The position numbers and the translations under genes are program-made. DNA of 64,000 nt from contig JAHRHZ010000095.1 in assembly GCA_024137785.1 (NCBI GenBank), positions 3,691,640 to 3,755,639 on the forward strand. Direction: 5' to 3'. The notes beneath the pieces are model-generated. The model was not told the DNA's origin. It was given only the letters and a program-made list of their open reading frames with translations, and made no database searches. Source of the stretch: Ginglymostoma cirratum (Eukaryota). Shown piece after piece: positions 12,850 through 26,724 of the stretch. Positions within the stretch are counted from its first letter, which is position 1; every line of letters begins with the position of its first letter.

Positions 12850-14063
12850 AGATCATCAATAAAGTTATGGAAGGTGTCATTAACAGTGCTATCAAGCCAT
12901 ACCTGCTCAGGGATAACCTAATCAGTGATGCCCAGTTTGGGTTCCACAAGGGTCACTCAGCTCCTGACCTCATTACCACCTTAGTTCAGACATGGACAAA
13001 AGAGCTGAGTTCTTGAGTGATAACGTTTGAAGTTGACCAAGAGTAGCATCAAGGAACCTGAGCAAAACTGCAATCAATGGGTATCAAGGGGCAAACTCTC
13101 TGCAGTCATATCTGGTACATAGGAAGATGGTTGTGGTTTCTGGAGGTCAGTCATCTCAACTCTGGAACATCGCCGCAGGAGTTCCCTAGCTAGCATCCTA
13201 GGCCCAACCATCTTCAGCTGCTTCATCAGTGACCTTCCCTGCATCATAAGGTCGGAATTGAGGAATTTTGCTAATGATTGCACAGTGTTCAGCTTCATTC
13301 ATGACTCGTCAGATACTGAAGCAGTCCACGTCCAAATGCTTGGCTTGGAAAGTGTCAAATAATATTTGCGCCACATAAATGCCAGGCAACAACTATCTCC
13401 AACAACACAGAATCTAACCATCATCCATTGACATTCAATAGCGTTACTATCACTGAATATCCCATTATCAACATGCTGGAGGTTACCATCGACCAGAAAT
13501 GAACTAGACTAGTTATGTAAATACAGTACCTTTAAGAGCAGGTCAGAGGCTAGGAATCCTGCAACAAGTAACTCACCTGCTGACTCCCAAAAACATGTCT
13601 ACTGTCTACATCTCACAAGCTAGGAGTGTGTTGGAATATTCTTCAATTGCATGGATGAGTACAACTTCAACAGCAGTCAAAAAGCTTGACCAGCTACAGA
13701 CAAAGCTACCCACTAATTTGGCACCACATCCACAAGAATGCATTCCCTCCACCACCAAAGCTCAGTAGCAGTGGTATGTACTGTCTACAAGATGGGATGC
13801 GGAAATTCACATCTCCTTCCATCTATAAGGATAAGGTCTCCTTCAAGCCACTCACCACTGAGAAACATATCACCATTCCTTCAATGTCACTGGATCAAAA
13901 TCCTGGAAATCCTCCTTTATGACATTATGGACTTATCTACACCAAATAGACCGCAGCAATTCAAGAAGGCTGCTCACCACCATCTTCTGAAGTGCAACTA
14001 GAGAAGCGCAATAAATGCTGACCCAGCCAATAATACCCATATCTAACCAATGAATTAACAAAA
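12850..14063 (+). mobile_element. CR1/Jockey-type LINE (second family), RT and 3' end
   Basis: IINKVMEGVINSAIK...DAQFGFHKGHSAPDL...GVP*.SILGPTIFSCFISDLP...FANDC; tail gcaataaatgctgacccagcca. Confidence 0.85.
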
Positions 14064-16249
14064 TCAACAGATTTAGCACTAAGCTCAAAATTAATTTGAA
14101 ACTTTCCATGGAACATGTAGAAGTCCCCAAATGTGCTAGATTGAGCATTTCTTTGACTAGAGATATTTCTGAGGTGAAAATCCTGCCAGCTTGTTTCATC
14201 TTCTAATTTGACATTAATGTTATTTCAAAAAAAATTCTGATAACACCAATAAACAGGCTGCAAGTAGCCAACCATATTTACTTACTTCTGATGTTACTCA
14301 TTTTTTACACTACAGGGAAAACAACAGCCAAAGGTGTTGGCAGTCATAGCAGGGAAGGGACCTTGTGATGTGAATAACAGAAACTGTGAGCTGCAACTGG
14401 TTACAAAAATGTGTGCCTCGTGTTTATGGCAAAAAATTCAAGATAATTCAAAAAGTTTTTGAAAATCAAAAGCAAAACTGATCCAATAGTGGTCCATGGG
14501 ATAAAAACATCTCAATTAAACAGCTATCATCGAACAGAAAGTTTTTCATTTTCCGGAGTTTGCAGAAAATTGGTGAAATTGAAGTTTTCCCCAAGTTTGT
14601 TTTCTGAACTAAACTCAAACTACATTAATAGTGATTGCACATAACTAGATACAAAGTGGAAATGTTTTAAAGTTGTAAAGCAGATTACCTTTGTAATTAA
14701 GGTGGCTTATTTGAAGTAAAACTGCAGATGATTACAACCCCAGAAATCTAGCAAGTTAAATGAATTAACTATGTTGAAATCAGATTAGCTTGCGATGTCC
14801 TTACAAAATCACATGCATAAAATAAAGGGTTATGTCACTCGGACGTTACATTCATTGCTAAGTCCTATAATCTGAATCCTGGAATTAGCTTTCTAAAATG
14901 AACATTGAAAACTGGTAGAAAACTGAACTGTTGAACTGTTATCGATTTACCAGGTCCAAATCTCCCAGTCAGTGACAGCAGGAAGTCTTCCCACCATCTG
15001 CCTCTTTGATTTGAATTTTATTTCCAGAAATAAAGGATTCCCTAGAGAACCCCTTTTTCCACTCCAAATGCAAGAGAGTAATATTCAAAACATTGCTTTT
15101 ATTATCAATATTAATGTGTTTATTCTGGAGTACATGATACATCTTGTCCCAAATCCTGATCAGCCTCCAAGTGTCCAATTTCATCTCTGGCTGAGAAGTG
15201 TAGAAAATATGTTCCTAAGACTCTGCCTGAGTCAATCTATGACTAGCAAATGACAAGAAAATGCAAAACAATGGTAGGAGTAATTTTCTTTTCATTTTCT
15301 CTGACTCCCAAGGGAGGAATTAATTCTGCTTCATACCTCCTCACAAGAAATTTTAGGCTATGTTAGCTGTCATCATTAACTGCAACATTTGAACAATTTC
15401 CTTTTGGAGTTGAGGGCTGATTTCAGCTCAGGGACTCCTGCAAGAAATGTCTTTCAATATGTCGAGTCTGCCATTGCTGCTGATGGGCCAGGAGTAGAAA
15501 GAACAGGAAACAAGAGTGCAAGAAGAAGGGGACAAAAAAAAAATGTTGGAGGAGACATATTTTAGCCAATACAAAACAAGAATATTAAATTTCCAGTTGG
15601 GTGAGGATCAATGTGTCAGGCAGCATTGTTTCAGCAAAGAGGCTGTTACAAAGCTATGTGTCAACACATAAAACTGTTCAGCACCAGTTTGCACACTTCA
15701 TTGCTTGTGATTCTGAAAGAACTTTGTCCTCATGTTTCTAAGTCCAGGTAGTGCAGGTAGCATTAGCATAATTTTAACTACTTAAAGTAGACAGTTCACT
15801 TTAAGTAGACAATCAATTCTCCAAAACATTGTCCAAAATGATTCTTAGTTCCCAAGGATTTATTTCCAATTGTTTCCTTTCCCAGTCATTAAAAACATTG
15901 AACACTGGCACTTTCTTTCATTATGTGAGTTTTGGTGGAGACTTCTCGCAACAGCTAAGCTTCGATTAATCTTTCAACCACTTTTTAAACGTCTCATGAA
16001 TGTAATATTTTCAATCCAAGTCATAGCTCCCAACCACATTTCTGCATGGCAAACCATAGGGTTTTTCGGTCTGTTGATGTTGATCTCCCAGACCCTGGCC
16101 GACTAATCCATCTGTGATATTCAATGGTATTTTATGTGAATCTCAGCCTGATTCCACAACGTATTCCTCTGTACCCTTCCCTTCTCAAAGACAATCACTA
16201 CAGCAACATGAATCATACCGGTCTTCCATCCAGGTGGAAATTGAATACA

Positions 16250-17598
16250 CCGAGTTGGGTAGGAGAGAACTTGCTCTGGTGTGGAGCCCATTGGCCTTGG
16301 TATTTAGGTAGGGTGACCCTACATTGTTCATGTCTAGATAGGCCAGACAAGCCAAGAGTCACATATGCATGGTTCTCCCGCCAGACACTGAGGGTGCTGA
16401 GACCGGGTCTCCATGGCACCCACCAACCTGTCCATGGAGGGAGCCAGATGGTCACAGGATTCACTGCACCAATGCAATTTCTGGGCAATGAGACCCATTA
16501 TAACTGACATGCATGGCTGCAACTGCTGCTCTGCCTTGCAAATTTGGAATGTATCCCTGATTGCCGACACAAGAGGGGTCTCACCCAGCTGGGGCTAAGC
16601 AGGTGTCTCAATAATCCTCCAAGTGCCTTTCTTCCCTTCAAGGCCATTTCGTCCTTGGCTAGCTATGGAGCTGTTGCAGTGAAGTTCTCACCTCATTGCC
16701 TACCCACACTCTTATTGCCTACAGTTCCCACAGAAGTGTCTGCATTCAGCCATGGAGGAGGAGCAGAAGGCACTTTTGCCGATGTTTCCTTGGAAGTCTC
16801 AATACTCAGAGGCCTGGGGACTAGTTTTTCTGCAGCCGGCCACTTATTCACAGAGAAGACAAAAGAGAGAGAAAGCATTGAAACAAGTGTTTAGAAGTGG
16901 TGTGCAATGACTGAGAGTGATAGCAGGTTTAATAGGAGAGTAGCATAAGCGTGTGGAGTGAATCTTACTCATTTGGCAAGACATAAATGTCTCAGCATTC
17001 CTGCATTATTCATTCCAAACGTCTGCTATGTAGGCCAGGATTCTATCCTCATAGAAGGTGAGGACACAGACCCATTTGTATGGGTTACTGCTGCACTCTT
17101 ATGGGCTGTCTTCACCTGTAATGAGCAAAAAGAGGTGAGGGGGTGAAATTGAGTGAGATGATCGTTGATGGCACTGTTCGTCCCAGTGCATGTGGGTGAA
17201 AGGTAGTGAAAGTCTTCTGAAAATCTGAGGAGGTAGCCCAGAGGGTATGCAGACTTAGTGGTGTGGGAGCCCTGAGGGGGATGAACAGGTGAGGCAATGT
17301 GCTGCAGCCAACAATGTGAGAGGTGAGGCATGAGGCTTGGTGGGAGGTGTGCGTGGTGGCATTGATCGAGTGAGTGTGTGCTTCCCCCAGTAGCACAAAA
17401 AAAAGGTCATTGAGATTCTTTCTACACTGCTGGCCATTCTTCCACATCCTGGAGGTGTCACTGACATGGATGTTGACCTCAGACCAGGTTAGCAGGATTA
17501 GGACAATCTCCAGGAAGAGGATTCCTCTTTGTTATACCACCCCATTCACCAGGACCCCTGTCATGGAAACGCAGTGACAATTTCCCCTTCTCTGACAT
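16250..17598 (-). mobile_element. Harbinger Myb/SANT-like gene remnant (multi-exon)
   Basis: ATG at 17598: MSEKGKLSLRFHD...VLVNGVV*QRGILF...WKNGQQCRKNLNDL; downstream region homologous to 24660-24780 (tggtgcagtgaatcctgtgaccatctggct). Confidence 0.7.
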
Positions 17599-19169
17599 GT
17601 TCCAAATCTGTCCATCAATGAGCAGGACAGCTTTGAATGCCAAGGGCCCTGTGGCCTTTTAAAGATAGTGTGTGTGTGTGAGGGATGTCAATCTTTGGGT
17701 GGATATCTGCTGAGTGACAAGTTGTTCATGAATGGCACATGGAAAAAGGAGTAGAAATCAGACATAAGAGACACCATGGGGGTATGGTAGGTAATTAATA
17801 AGATGACATGGATAAGATGGGTGAGAAAGCCCACTAAACCTCGCAGTAAGAAACACTCATAAAAACTCAACACAAGCTGGAATGGCTGTTTTCTTTCTTG
17901 GAAAGTTGATAGTTAAAATGAATCTTTCCCTCCAGAAATCAATTTTGATCTCTACTCTCACTGACAAGGTGGGTGTAATTGTAGAAAATGAGTGCCGGCC
18001 AGGCCTCACAATAATTCTTGAACATTACATTAACGACAATGTTGTCCACATTAAATTGCAAAGCCTTAGGCAAGGTCATCAGTTCAAGGATCCCTGACAT
18101 GTGAAATTATCTTCAATCAGAGAGGCTGTTGCTTGTGAGGGATGAACAATGCTTGGTCATCAACTTCTTTCATGCTTGGGATTTCTGAAGAGGTTGTTCA
18201 CATCCCACAAGGGAGTGACTCAACCAGGTCCGACAGGAAGAAATGCACTAGAACAGACATTTTAAGAGTGCAAGCATATATATATTTATGACAGCACAAG
18301 GTTATTTACAATTATGAGTCACTTGTGTCACCTAGCCTCAGTAAACATTGTTCTCTCTCCCTCTCAGTAGGTTTATGTGGAGTCCCAACTGATTCAGGTG
18401 GGGTGGAGGAAGCCTGCTCTGTATTTGGTTTTGTTCAACTGGAAGACTTGGGCAGTTGTCCCTGTGGACCTTTATGACTACAGGGCTCAGGCCTACTGAA
18501 AGATTCCTGTGTAGATGCAAGCTCAGCCTCCTCAATTGGAACTTCCGCAGGCTTGGCATCAGGCAGGGGAGAGGTGAAAGTGTTTGGCACCTCTGAAGTG
18601 TCCTGAGTGGAAGTTTCTGAGGGTTTGTGTGTGACTCCTCCTCATATGGATGCCTGCTGGGCCCACCCTGTCTCCTTGAGAGGAAATGGCACTTAAGTCA
18701 AGATCTCTCATCCCCCCTTGACCTGCCATTGACACTGGTCACCTATGGCTACAATTTAGGACTGCTGGTCCGAGCATATAACCAACAGACATGATATGGC
18801 TTTGGCTCTCCATGGCAATTGCCAAACTCTCCAAGCAGAGAGACAGATGCACATATGAAAGGGTCAGTGTAGTTCACAAAATGTTTTTGGACTTTCTGTG
18901 TCCTTCGATCCAGCATTACCAACTGCCTCTGACAAACCTGTCTGAGTAATCGTGTTTCACTGACTTCCATGCAAAATGGGAAAATTCAACCCTTTATTTT
19001 CAAATATTGTAACAGTTTCCAACAGTGTCAGCTGGCATATTATCAAAATTCAGACTAGGACGCAACTTACAACTTCAGTCATCATTAGGCAAATCCATTT
19101 TGTTAATGCTTCAAAATATAAATCATTGGTTAGTTCTCCTGGATTAATAGTCTATTTGCCACAACATCT

Positions 19170-19370
19170 AGCGGGTTGAATAGGTCAGTTGGCTGTATGG
19201 CTGGTTGTAATACCAACAATGTAGATTCAATTCCTACATTGGCTACATGGCTCTCCTTCTCAATCTCCTGCTTGCCTGATGTGTGGTGAATCTCAAGTTA
19301 AACCACCACTAATTGTCTCTCTAATGAGACAGCAGCTGTATGTTCTGGCAAGACTACGGTGACTTTACTG
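19170..19370 (+). mobile_element. tRNA-derived SINE, family C
   Basis: A-box-like taggtcagttgg, B-box-like gattcaattcc, body ending gactacggtgactttac. Confidence 0.5.
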
Positions 19371-19777
19371 CAATGATTCAAGAAAGTCTATGGCTGTTAA
19401 CCTTCTCAGAGAATCAGGGAACAGGAAATAAATTTGACTCTGCAAGATCACCCAATATCAGTGTCAGACTTCTTGAATAGACTAAAGTTTTAGCCAGTGT
19501 TTTCTCTGAAATTTGCCAGTGTCTTTTTTGTACACGGGGGGAAATTGCCGTAACAGGGGCATTGAAATATGTTACCAACAATTGTTTGATTCAATTCATC
19601 AATATGTGAAATAAATAGAAGGAGAAGCCAAAAAAAAATTTAAACACTGGTTTATTACTTTAACATTTCATTTAAGAGAAAATGTCTCATGATTAAAGTC
19701 AGTTGATTAAAGATTTCCAATCCACAGAAGAACAGTGATTCAAATCATTCGGTAAACCAATAAACTGCACCGCAGGG

Positions 19778-19902
19778 TCCTAGATATTTTCCCAATCAAT
19801 CTGTTCAGATTTGTTATGACATACCTCTGGTGCAGCTGGAAATTGAACCCAGGCCTACCTGGATCAGTAGTAGGGACACCATAACGGCACCACAAGAGCC
19901 CT
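19778..19902 (-). mobile_element. Family B short SINE
   Basis: Reverse complement gggctcttgtggtgccgttatggtgtccctact...cctgggttcaatttccagctgcaccagaggtatgtcataac with A/B boxes. Confidence 0.75.
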
Positions 19903-20499
19903 TTACCACTTAGTTCTAAGATGTGACATTGCTTCCATAATTTGCACAATCTGGATCATTATTCTCCTTGAGCATTAAACAGAGGGATACTGCTTTACCC
20001 ATGAGATGAAAGGAGGGATGAGGGAGCAAGGCAGCCTGCAGTTCTCTCGTCAATCTAACAGTGGTTGGTCAACAGCATCCAAATTTAAGTGTTAATTTGT
20101 AGTAAACATACTCAGGGAGGCCATATCAGTTTTATATCCAGCTTGTTAATTTGTCTTTAATTTCATTTACTCATTTTTAATACTCCCTTTTCCAAAATTT
20201 GGAGCAGCATCTTCCATTGAAGAGTCAATGTCCCGCGAGGGGTCTGGGAGTGGCAGTCATTTCCATTTGGACTTTTCTCTCACAATCACATAATTCTCTG
20301 CTCATTACATATACATGTTAGTTTTAGCACATGTACAATGGCAAACTTAATGACGGTGGGATGAACAGGAATTTTCCAACCTCACCACACCTACTGGGGT
20401 CAAAGTTCCTTGTGCTGTTTTTAAAGGCACCCATATACCCATTAATCACTGCAACATCCAGCTTACGTTGGTTGCACAGACCCTCCTGAATTTGTCTAC

Positions 20500-20950
20500 G
20501 TTGGAGCTAAAACTGTCCCTAAAACTTAGCAATGCCTTCCGAGAGGTTCTGCATCACACTGTCCAGGTAAGGCAAGACACCCCCTTCCCCAGGGATGACA
20601 GCAGGAGGCCTGCCTTTCTGACCAAGGTGGCCTGAACCAAGGCTCCAAGTGCAGGAAAGGGATAAACAACCCACTGATCTCTGCAAAAATATTTGGGAAG
20701 CATCTACTCACTGCAAAATGACACACAAAGAGGATCATTCTGTCCAGCTATGCCAGTTCAGAGGCATGTTAGATTGGATGATTGCAAGCAAGTTTCATGA
20801 CCACTTGGAATATGTGCACTGAATGGGTTAAAGCCACTTCATGCTGTCGATGCCCATTAATTGAAGAACAATGCATTCCCAGTTACCTCTCAGGGACGTC
20901 TCAGGACTTGGCCTGACTGTGTGTAGTTATGATAGGCCCATGTAACCATA
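20500..20950 (-). mobile_element. Harbinger HARBI1-like remnant
   Basis: Heavily decayed N-terminal and GxLLxDxGY-like segments; weak by-eye match. Confidence 0.35.
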
Positions 20951-21538
20951 GTAATAGAATTATATCCTGTTTTCTGTTTGCAGGATACAAAAGGAGGATG
21001 CAAAAGGAGGATACAATCTCATACAGGCTTGGGGTGAGGGGTTGTCTCGGGATGGACCATTGCCAAACTGGCTTGTCGGGAGCGATGAGCACGATATTCG
21101 CATCCTCACACCATTTGAAGTGAGAGCCACAGGGCTGGCAGGGGAGGACTGAGCCCATGACTGCTCAAATAGAAGACAGCACTCTTACAGAAAACCAATG
21201 AAAATACCTTCAATCTGCTGTTGTTAGTGTAGTGGAAATTAAATATGATTTTATAAAAAAGGGATTGCAACAGGAGTCAGACAAGCTAGACCCTTAAGAC
21301 ATATTTTAGCAGGCAAAATTCTCGGGCACCCTGTTGCTAAAATTCTAAGCACTTATGTCATCAGAAATCACTGGAGAGGAACCTATTATATCCTAAGGCT
21401 TGTATCGGCCTTGAGAGCAGACTGGAGAGTATAAGATAAATATACAGGGTGGAAGATTACTGTTTATTATACAAAAATGAAAAGTAAACTCTGTATACGT
21501 ATAATGGTTGATATTTTTCAATATGCATTTGGAAGACT

Positions 21539-21832
21539 GCGGCACAGTGGCTCGGTGGTTCGCACTATTCATCACAGTGCCAAGGACCCAGGGGTCAATT
21601 CCACGGTTGGGTGACTGTCTGTGTACAGTTTGCACATTCTCCTTGTGTCTGCGTGGGCTTCCTCCAGGTGTTCTGGTTTCTCACAGTCCAAAGATGTGCA
21701 GGCTAGGTGGATTAGCCACAGGAAATGTAGGGTTATAGGGTAGGGGGTAGGTCTGGATGCGATGCTTTTCAGACAGTTGGTGTGGACTGGATGGGCCAAA
21801 TGGCCTACTTCTATACTGTATGGATTCTATGA
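21539..21832 (+). mobile_element. HE1-like V-SINE
   Basis: tRNA head ggcacagtggctcggtggtt...ggtcaattcc, V-domain gtttgcacattctccttgtgtctgcgtggg...cacagtccaaagatgtgcaggctagg, CR1 tail gggccaaatggcct...gattctatga. Confidence 0.9.
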
Positions 21833-21949
21833 GTGGGACAGAGATTGGGTCACAGCCAGCTTAGAATATCAGGTATAATTTCTGTTTAGCCAGTGTAAGT
21901 CTGAGCTTGTTTGAATGAACACAAAGTTAACATGCATGCATCAGTTCTC

Positions 21950-22430
21950 CTGTGGTTTGTGCCAGGAGAATAACTCCAACATCTTCACTGGTGTCATAGG
22001 CAGGTTTCTGTAGACGGCCCCTGTCTCCCAGCAGCTAGTCCTATAATTAATCAGGTGCACTAAAGACTTCCAGAATGTAGTATTGTAACAGTTCCATGGA
22101 CATAGTGTGCAAACCCACAGTATCTGGTTGGTATGGTCATAGATAATTTGCAAATTAACATCTTCACAAAAATCAAGTTACCCCATGGAGCTTGAATGGT
22201 TCTAATATGAGCTGGTCTAAGATTATTGCACCTAATCGCACTTGGCCACCTGGGTCTCTTTATCCAAGGGGTCTTGAAATCTGGGCGTTTTGAGATGAGA
22301 GCATCACAGTTGTGAGTGAGTGTCCCAAAGAAGTAAATGGCTGAGATTATTTCAGCTAGTAAGGGATTGCCTCCCAATGTCTGCAGTTGTAGGTCCTTGT
22401 AGTTGTACAAATAGGATAAATGACATGTCA
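21950..22430 (-). mobile_element. Harbinger HARBI1-like DDE nuclease remnant
   Basis: GGNPLLAEIISAIYFFGT...NLQIIYDHTNQILWVCTLCPWNCYNTTF (cf. NVQxxCDH...VxARxPGSxHD). Confidence 0.7.
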
Positions 22431-22489
22431 AAAATTTTGCAAATGAAGAATAGTGTGGGTATAATGCGAACTTGTCCAGTAGGTCAGGA

Positions 22490-22785
22490 AGAATAGAAGA
22501 GCAGCAAATTATTTAAATGGAGAGAGATTGCCAATCTCTGAGGTACTGGATGTCCTAATACATAAATCACAAAATAGTAGTATGCAGGCACACCAATTTA
22601 TGAGGAAGGCAACTGATTTTATTTTATTGCAAGGAGAGTGGATTTTAAAAGTAAGAATGTTTTGCTACACTTGAATAAGGCCACATTTGGATTTCTATGT
22701 ATAATTTTGTCCGCTTATTTGAGAAAATGATCTAAAGTTGTTGGAAGCAGTACAGAAAAGGTTCATTTGACTAATGCATTGGCTT
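22490..22785 (+). mobile_element. CR1 fragment
   Basis: YLNGERL...ARRVDFKSKNVLLHL...RPHLDF...AVQKRF. Confidence 0.7.
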
Positions 22786-22789
22786 CATG

Positions 22790-25700
22790 GATGACATGAA
22801 ATTTTCCCAACTTTTAGGTGAAATATTTTGACAAATGAGATTCATGGTATCTGATCCACCATGCCTCGGAACGACTTTCTCACATAATCTCCTACTCTTC
22901 ACCTCATTATTTATGCAACTGGGCTTTTAAGCACCTTTCTCAAGGAATCACATAGCAAGAGAGGCAGTAGTGCTTACAATTTCTGGGGCTTTCTGGGGTA
23001 CATGCCTCTGGCACCATAGTTAAGGCCCAGCTTCATATCACTTCATAACACTGCAAGCCAAGAATGACCCCTCATATTGTAATACTTGATTCTCACTATT
23101 CAAGACATGGCTGAGAGAAAGGAAAGCTTACTTCTACCTTTAGAGAGAACCTAGAAATATTGATAGATGGGCTGGTGGAAAGAAGCACAGTCCTGCTAGC
23201 TATGTGGAAAAGTTTTTTTTTTCCTCAACTGGTACTTCCTTATTTCACAAAACATTTTAAAAATGTTCCCACTGATTCTTGACATGTTTATGAGTGGGAA
23301 CAGACTCGCCCTATCCATTCTGTCCAAACCCCTCATGATTTGAAAGCTTCTATCAAATCTCCATTTTGTCTTCCGAAAATGGTCACAACTTCTCTAATAT
23401 TTCCTCATAACTTAAGCATCTCATCCCTGGCACCGTTCTCATAAACCTTTTCTGCACTCTTTCTAATACATTCACATCCTTCCTATATTGGGATATAGAG
23501 AACAATGCACAATGCTCTAGTTGAAGCCTAACCAGTGTCTTATATGAATTCATCATAACCTTTTTTGCTCTTGTAATCTATGGCTCTATTTATGGAACCT
23601 TGAATACTGTAAGATTTACTGCCAACTTTCTCTACCTGTCCTGCCACTTTTAATGACGTATGTATACATATTTTCAGGTCTCCCTGTTTCTGCACACCCT
23701 TTCAACTGTATCCTTTGGTTTATGCTGTCACTCCATGAAATTTGCACCAAAGTGATTATCTCACACTTCAACTGCTTGTCAATGTTCATTTGAAGTTTTA
23801 CACTGTCCACATCACAGTTTACAATTCTCCCAAGTGCTTCTGCCAGCAGATACAACACCAACCTAGAAGATGCTCAAGAATTTCAGGATAATTTACTAGT
23901 CTATACACACTCAGAATCATTAAAAGATTGCCAGTGATGGCAGCCTTCCCAACTTCGTCAGAACACCTTTCATCCAGCTGCACCAGCACTAATATTCATG
24001 TCACCCATCTCCACCTCACTCAAATCCAATGTTTTTCTCATTACATGAGAAGACAACCAATAACAAAGAGAGCCCAAAAGGGCAGAGGGATGCCTGATTC
24101 CCTACAAGGAAAGAATATTGATTCTCTTAGGAAAAGATCAGAGCGGCTCCTGTGGAGATGCAGAGATGTCCATGTCCTGACACCAGGTAATTAACACTCT
24201 TCATCCCACTACAACTTTCATATTAACACCGCTGTTGGTCTTATTCATTGCACACCACTTCTAACTACTGGCCTTTATGTATTCTCTCTCTCATGACTTG
24301 CAGGTGATGCCAACATCTCCACCACTGCCATATATATATGGCTAGTTCCCTTGGAAACCACATCCTGGACCTCTGAAGATGAGACAACTGAAGCGTCAGT
24401 GGAAAGTTGGATAGTCTGCTTCCTGCATCCCTGATAAGCCAGATACTGAGGCCACAATGTGTGGAAGAACAATTTCAGTCTGACAGCTCTATAACTGAAG
24501 GAAGAATAGATGCCCCAGGCCACTGGCATGTAATGGACTGCCGGGAACCAGGCACCTGCTCAGCCTCAGGCAGGAGAGGACCCTGTTGTGTCAGCAATCA
24601 GGGACTTCATCCATATGCACAAAGAGGAACAGGCGGAGAGATTTGTGTGAAAGCAAAGGCCCTCATTGCCCAGTGGTGTAGTGAATCATGTGACCATCTG
24701 GCTGGCTTCATGGTCAGGTGGCAGTCTCCATGGAGAGACAGATCTAGACCTCAGTGTCTGCTGGTGACATGCATATACCGTACCTGCACTCCTCAAGACC
24801 AAAAGCACAACAACTGGGGTGAAGGGACACATGGTAAGCACTCCAGGTACTTCTTTTTCTCAAGAAGACTGGGTGCTATCAGAATATACCGAGCCAGAGG
24901 TGCAACTAAACACATGCCCCTCAGACATTTCCCCTCAGGATACTCTAGAGATAGCTGGGCTTCCACTTTTAGCTCTACCCTGCCTGTCCCCTCAACTTTA
25001 GAGGTTAAAACCAAGGACAGTCAACTTGCTTTTGGCAAGAACACCCTTGGAATGTGCATCCATATACAAGCAGCCCTGGGGTCACCATTCAAACCTTCAG
25101 GGCCATTGGGTACACTGATTGTGTGGGTGACAGTAGATTGGAAATGATTCTGCGCCTTTTATAAATTTCACTGCTTAAAGTTTACATCTGGCTAGTGGAC
25201 TCTCTGTGGTTAGCAGCCTCAGGCATCACATACGTGGCCACAGAAGAAATTCCATGGATGGAAGTCCATGCTAAGAGACTGCTGCACCATCTGGAAGCAA
25301 GAACAATGTGGAGAGGTTACATGAGGTCATGCTGACACCTACGACCCACTTTGTATCGCATCCCTATTTTTTCACAGTCTCGGTGACCAAAGATCCAGCT
25401 GTGAATGGGTCATTAAGCAATGTCTGTGACAGGGGAATGCACATACAGAAGGCAGCTGTGCATGAGGATATCCAGGGATGAGGGACCCTACAAGTCAGTA
25501 CCATCTGCAGTACATGGGTCTGTATGCAATGTTTTTTTCCCCCAAAAGCCCTAACATTAGTGGGATCTGCCGTTCCCTCTCTCTCAGGTTGAGGCATTTA
25601 GCCCACCCTTTCTGAGTGTGGGCACAGCTATTTTCTTCCCCATTGTACACTTTCCATTTCCAGCCTGATGAAAGATGACAATGGGCACACCCCGCCTCAT

Positions 25701-26347
25701 GGTTTGCAGTCTCCAGTGTATTGGTATGCCTCCAAACACATAGATCCCTTTCCAGATCCCTTTACTTTTGTGAAACCCATTAGTTTTGCATCCCTCCAGG
25801 ATCCCAGAAAATCGATCTACATATGTGAACCTACCTACATTACTCCCAGCCCCTAGCTTATGAGGTGATCATGCTAAACATGGTCAATCACTAACCCCCT
25901 CCTGGAAGTCTAGGCACACTGCCAGTGCCATAATGGTAGTGAGGGCTTGGCAAATAATCGATGCCAATGGCTATGAATGAGGGACGCATGTGGTTGACGC
26001 CCGTAGATCATGATCTAGTTTGCATTTGGATTGAATGCAACATGGAGGTTGCTCAGAGTGAGCAGTGAGCTAAATCTGCTGGTAGCTGTTCTAGTTTCCA
26101 TGTTGAGATTTCTCGATATCTAGCTTGTTCGATAAGGTTGGTCAGACAGCAAGCTGAACATTGATAAAGGCAAGTTGGGCTGTTAAGATACTTAACAAGC
26201 AATAACTCTTTGATTGGCAACTTGCCGGTGCCTAGCAAGAAACCCAGTGTGAGATGATCTGTAGTCAATTTCAGCCTTATCTGACTTTTTGTCCAATCCT
26301 GCCACACATCTCACAATATGCTCAGACCCCTGTAAGGTTTCAGCCTA
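22790..26347. mobile_element. Near-complete decayed Harbinger element (Myb on +, nuclease on -), interrupted by CR1
   Basis: Myb start atggctgagagaaagg...ctagaaatattg (23107), exon 2 EKTTNNK...GRGMPD (~24045), weak nuclease motifs on - at 25.2-25.9 kb, terminal ...aggtttcagcc followed by TA. Confidence 0.55.
23215..23845 (-). mobile_element. CR1 fragment inside the Harbinger Myb exon
   Basis: LGRIVNCDVDSVKLQMNIDK and CR1 C-terminal DNA motifs. Confidence 0.75.
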
Positions 26348-26647
26348 TATTTGCTTCTGACTCCAGTCATGTCTCTTCCAAAATTGCCCCAAAAACTTTC
26401 AGTCACTGGGTATTCGAAACTAAGATCAATCCTTGATTATTCTAAACTAAACACAAACTAATAAATTCAATATTTACACGTCTTGTCAGAAATCCCATAG
26501 TATTAGCAATCATCCATTAACATTGCAGCCATTTTGCAATCACCTGCTCTCTGACACATACTGGATTAGGACTCTAAAAAAGATACTTTGTCCTTGTTTT
26601 GTTTAGTCCTTTCATGAAAGTAACTAACACGCATAAGCCACTAGTTA

Positions 26648-26724
26648 ACATATATGTATATATTTTATGTATATATGTGCGTATGTACGTATGTGTATAT
26701 ATATATATGATATAATATATATAC
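26648..26724. repeat. Imperfect (TA)/(TATG) microsatellite
   Basis: atatatgtatatat...gtatatatatatatga. Confidence 0.85.

Noticed and set aside
21539-21610. tRNA-like sequence (also 37388, 19850-19900, 43980-44040)
   Set aside because: SINE heads continuing into SINE bodies; no complete cloverleaf, so not called tRNA genes.
24407-25147. Longest ORF (246 aa) as a host gene
   Set aside because: Lies inside a decayed Harbinger element, is homologous to the frameshifted copy at 16.3-16.9 kb and has no recognisable domain.
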